Shown piece after piece: positions 6,962 to 7,695 of a DNA stretch of 7,695 nucleotides (positions are counted from its first letter, which is position 1; every line of letters starts with the position of its first letter). Below the pieces are notes generated by a model. It worked only from the letters and a program-made list of their open reading frames with translations. It did no database searches and had not been told where the DNA came from. Source of the stretch: a virus (Duplodnaviria; Heunggongvirae; Uroviricota; Caudoviricetes); IMG/VR virus record IMGVR_UViG_2778261454_000007, positions 1 through 7,695 of that record; one strand, given 5' to 3'. The translations under genes and the position numbers were made by a program.

Positions 6962-7695
6962 GCGAGTTGAGTTATCTGGAAAAATTGCTGGATGGGGTTG
7001 AGGTTAAATGGAAAGCAGTGGGCGATATCGCCGGGTATTCAACAACCAAAGTTGATGCTGATAAACTTGATGCCACTTCATTCGTTGGCGTTGATAATCT
7101 CCTTGCTGATAAAGGCGGTCGCATTGATGCCACCTATCAGCCTAATACGGCACGTTTAACTGCCTATGAGCCAGGTGATATTCTTTTAGGTAATATTCGC
7201 CCATATTTAAAGAAAGTTTGGATGGCGGAGAATAATGGCGGGTGCAGTGGTGATGTCCTTGCTATACGCATTTTAGCAGACTGTAAAAAAATTATTAGTC
7301 CAGAATATCTCTACTATGCATTATCGTCGGATTCATTTTTTTCTTACAGTATGCAGCACGCTAAAGGGGCAAAGATGCCTCGAGGCAGTAAAGATGCAAT
7401 TTTAAACTATCAAATACCCATCCCTTGTCCCAGCGCCCCGGAAAAATCCCTTGCCATCCAGTCTGAAATTGTTCGGATTCTGGATAAATTTACTGAGCTT
7501 ACAGCAGAGCTTACAGCAGAGCTTACAGCAGAGCTTAGCATGCGTAAAAAACAATACAACTACTATCGCGACCAGTTGTTGAGTTTTAAAGAGGATGAGG
7601 TTGAGGGTAAGAGGAAAACCTTAGGGGAAATTATGAAGATGCGTGCCGGACAACATATTTCGGCTCATAATATAAATGAAAGAAAAGAAGAGAGT
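6958..7695 (+). CDS. hsdS: Type I R-M specificity subunit HsdS, 5' partial (246 codons; continues past window end): N-terminal target-recognition domain plus central conserved region with TAEL repeats
   Basis: ATG at 6958..6960 overlaps the hsdM stop. The conserved N-terminus [16 protein letters not shown] and the central region [49 protein letters not shown] are typical of type IC HsdS. There is no stop codon before the window end. Confidence 0.9.
   Translation, partial: MSELSYLEKLLDGVEVKWKAVGDIAGYSTTKVDADKLDATSFVGVDNLLADKGGRIDATYQPNTARLTAYEPGDILLGNIRPYLKKVWMAENNGGCSGDVLAIRILADCKKIISPEYLYYALSSDSFFSYSMQHAKGAKMPRGSKDAILNYQIPIPCPSAPEKSLAIQSEIVRILDKFTELTAELTAELTAELSMRKKQYNYYRDQLLSFKEDEVEGKRKTLGEIMKMRAGQHISAHNINERKEES
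7495..7536 (+). repeat. Tandem 12-bp repeat ACAGCAGAGCTT x3 (7501..7536) preceded by a 6-bp partial copy GAGCTT (7495..7500), in frame, encoding (T)[14 protein letters not shown] in the HsdS central spacer region
   Basis: Three perfect tandem copies are visible in the sequence. In the EcoR124I/EcoR124II system the copy number of this 12-bp unit (two versus three) sets the spacer length of the recognition site (N6 versus N7). Confidence 0.9.

Noticed and set aside
7495-7536. Tandem repeat considered as a possible CRISPR array or VNTR
   Set aside because: There are only three 12-bp units with no spacers, and they are in frame inside hsdS, so this is the known TAEL-coding repeat rather than CRISPR.

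Overview
This window reads as a segment of a P1-family phage or phage-plasmid; all homology calls are from motif and sequence recall, not a database search. The minus strand carries a tightly packed run phd > doc > pdcA-like > pdcB-like > lpa > pacA > pacB: the Phd-Doc addiction module, two post-doc genes of unknown function, the late-promoter activator, and the pacase/terminase with the pac site inside pacA. Divergent from phd on the plus strand is a type IC (EcoR124I-family) restriction-modification locus, with hsdM complete and hsdS running off the window end; no hsdR is visible. The most notable observations are an in-frame amber codon splitting pacB, a 12-bp triple tandem repeat in hsdS paired with a divergent N-terminal target-recognition domain, and the hsd cargo abutting the phd promoter. 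I do not see a clearly novel system: the least characterised genes are pdcA/pdcB, and the hsd locus is incomplete here.
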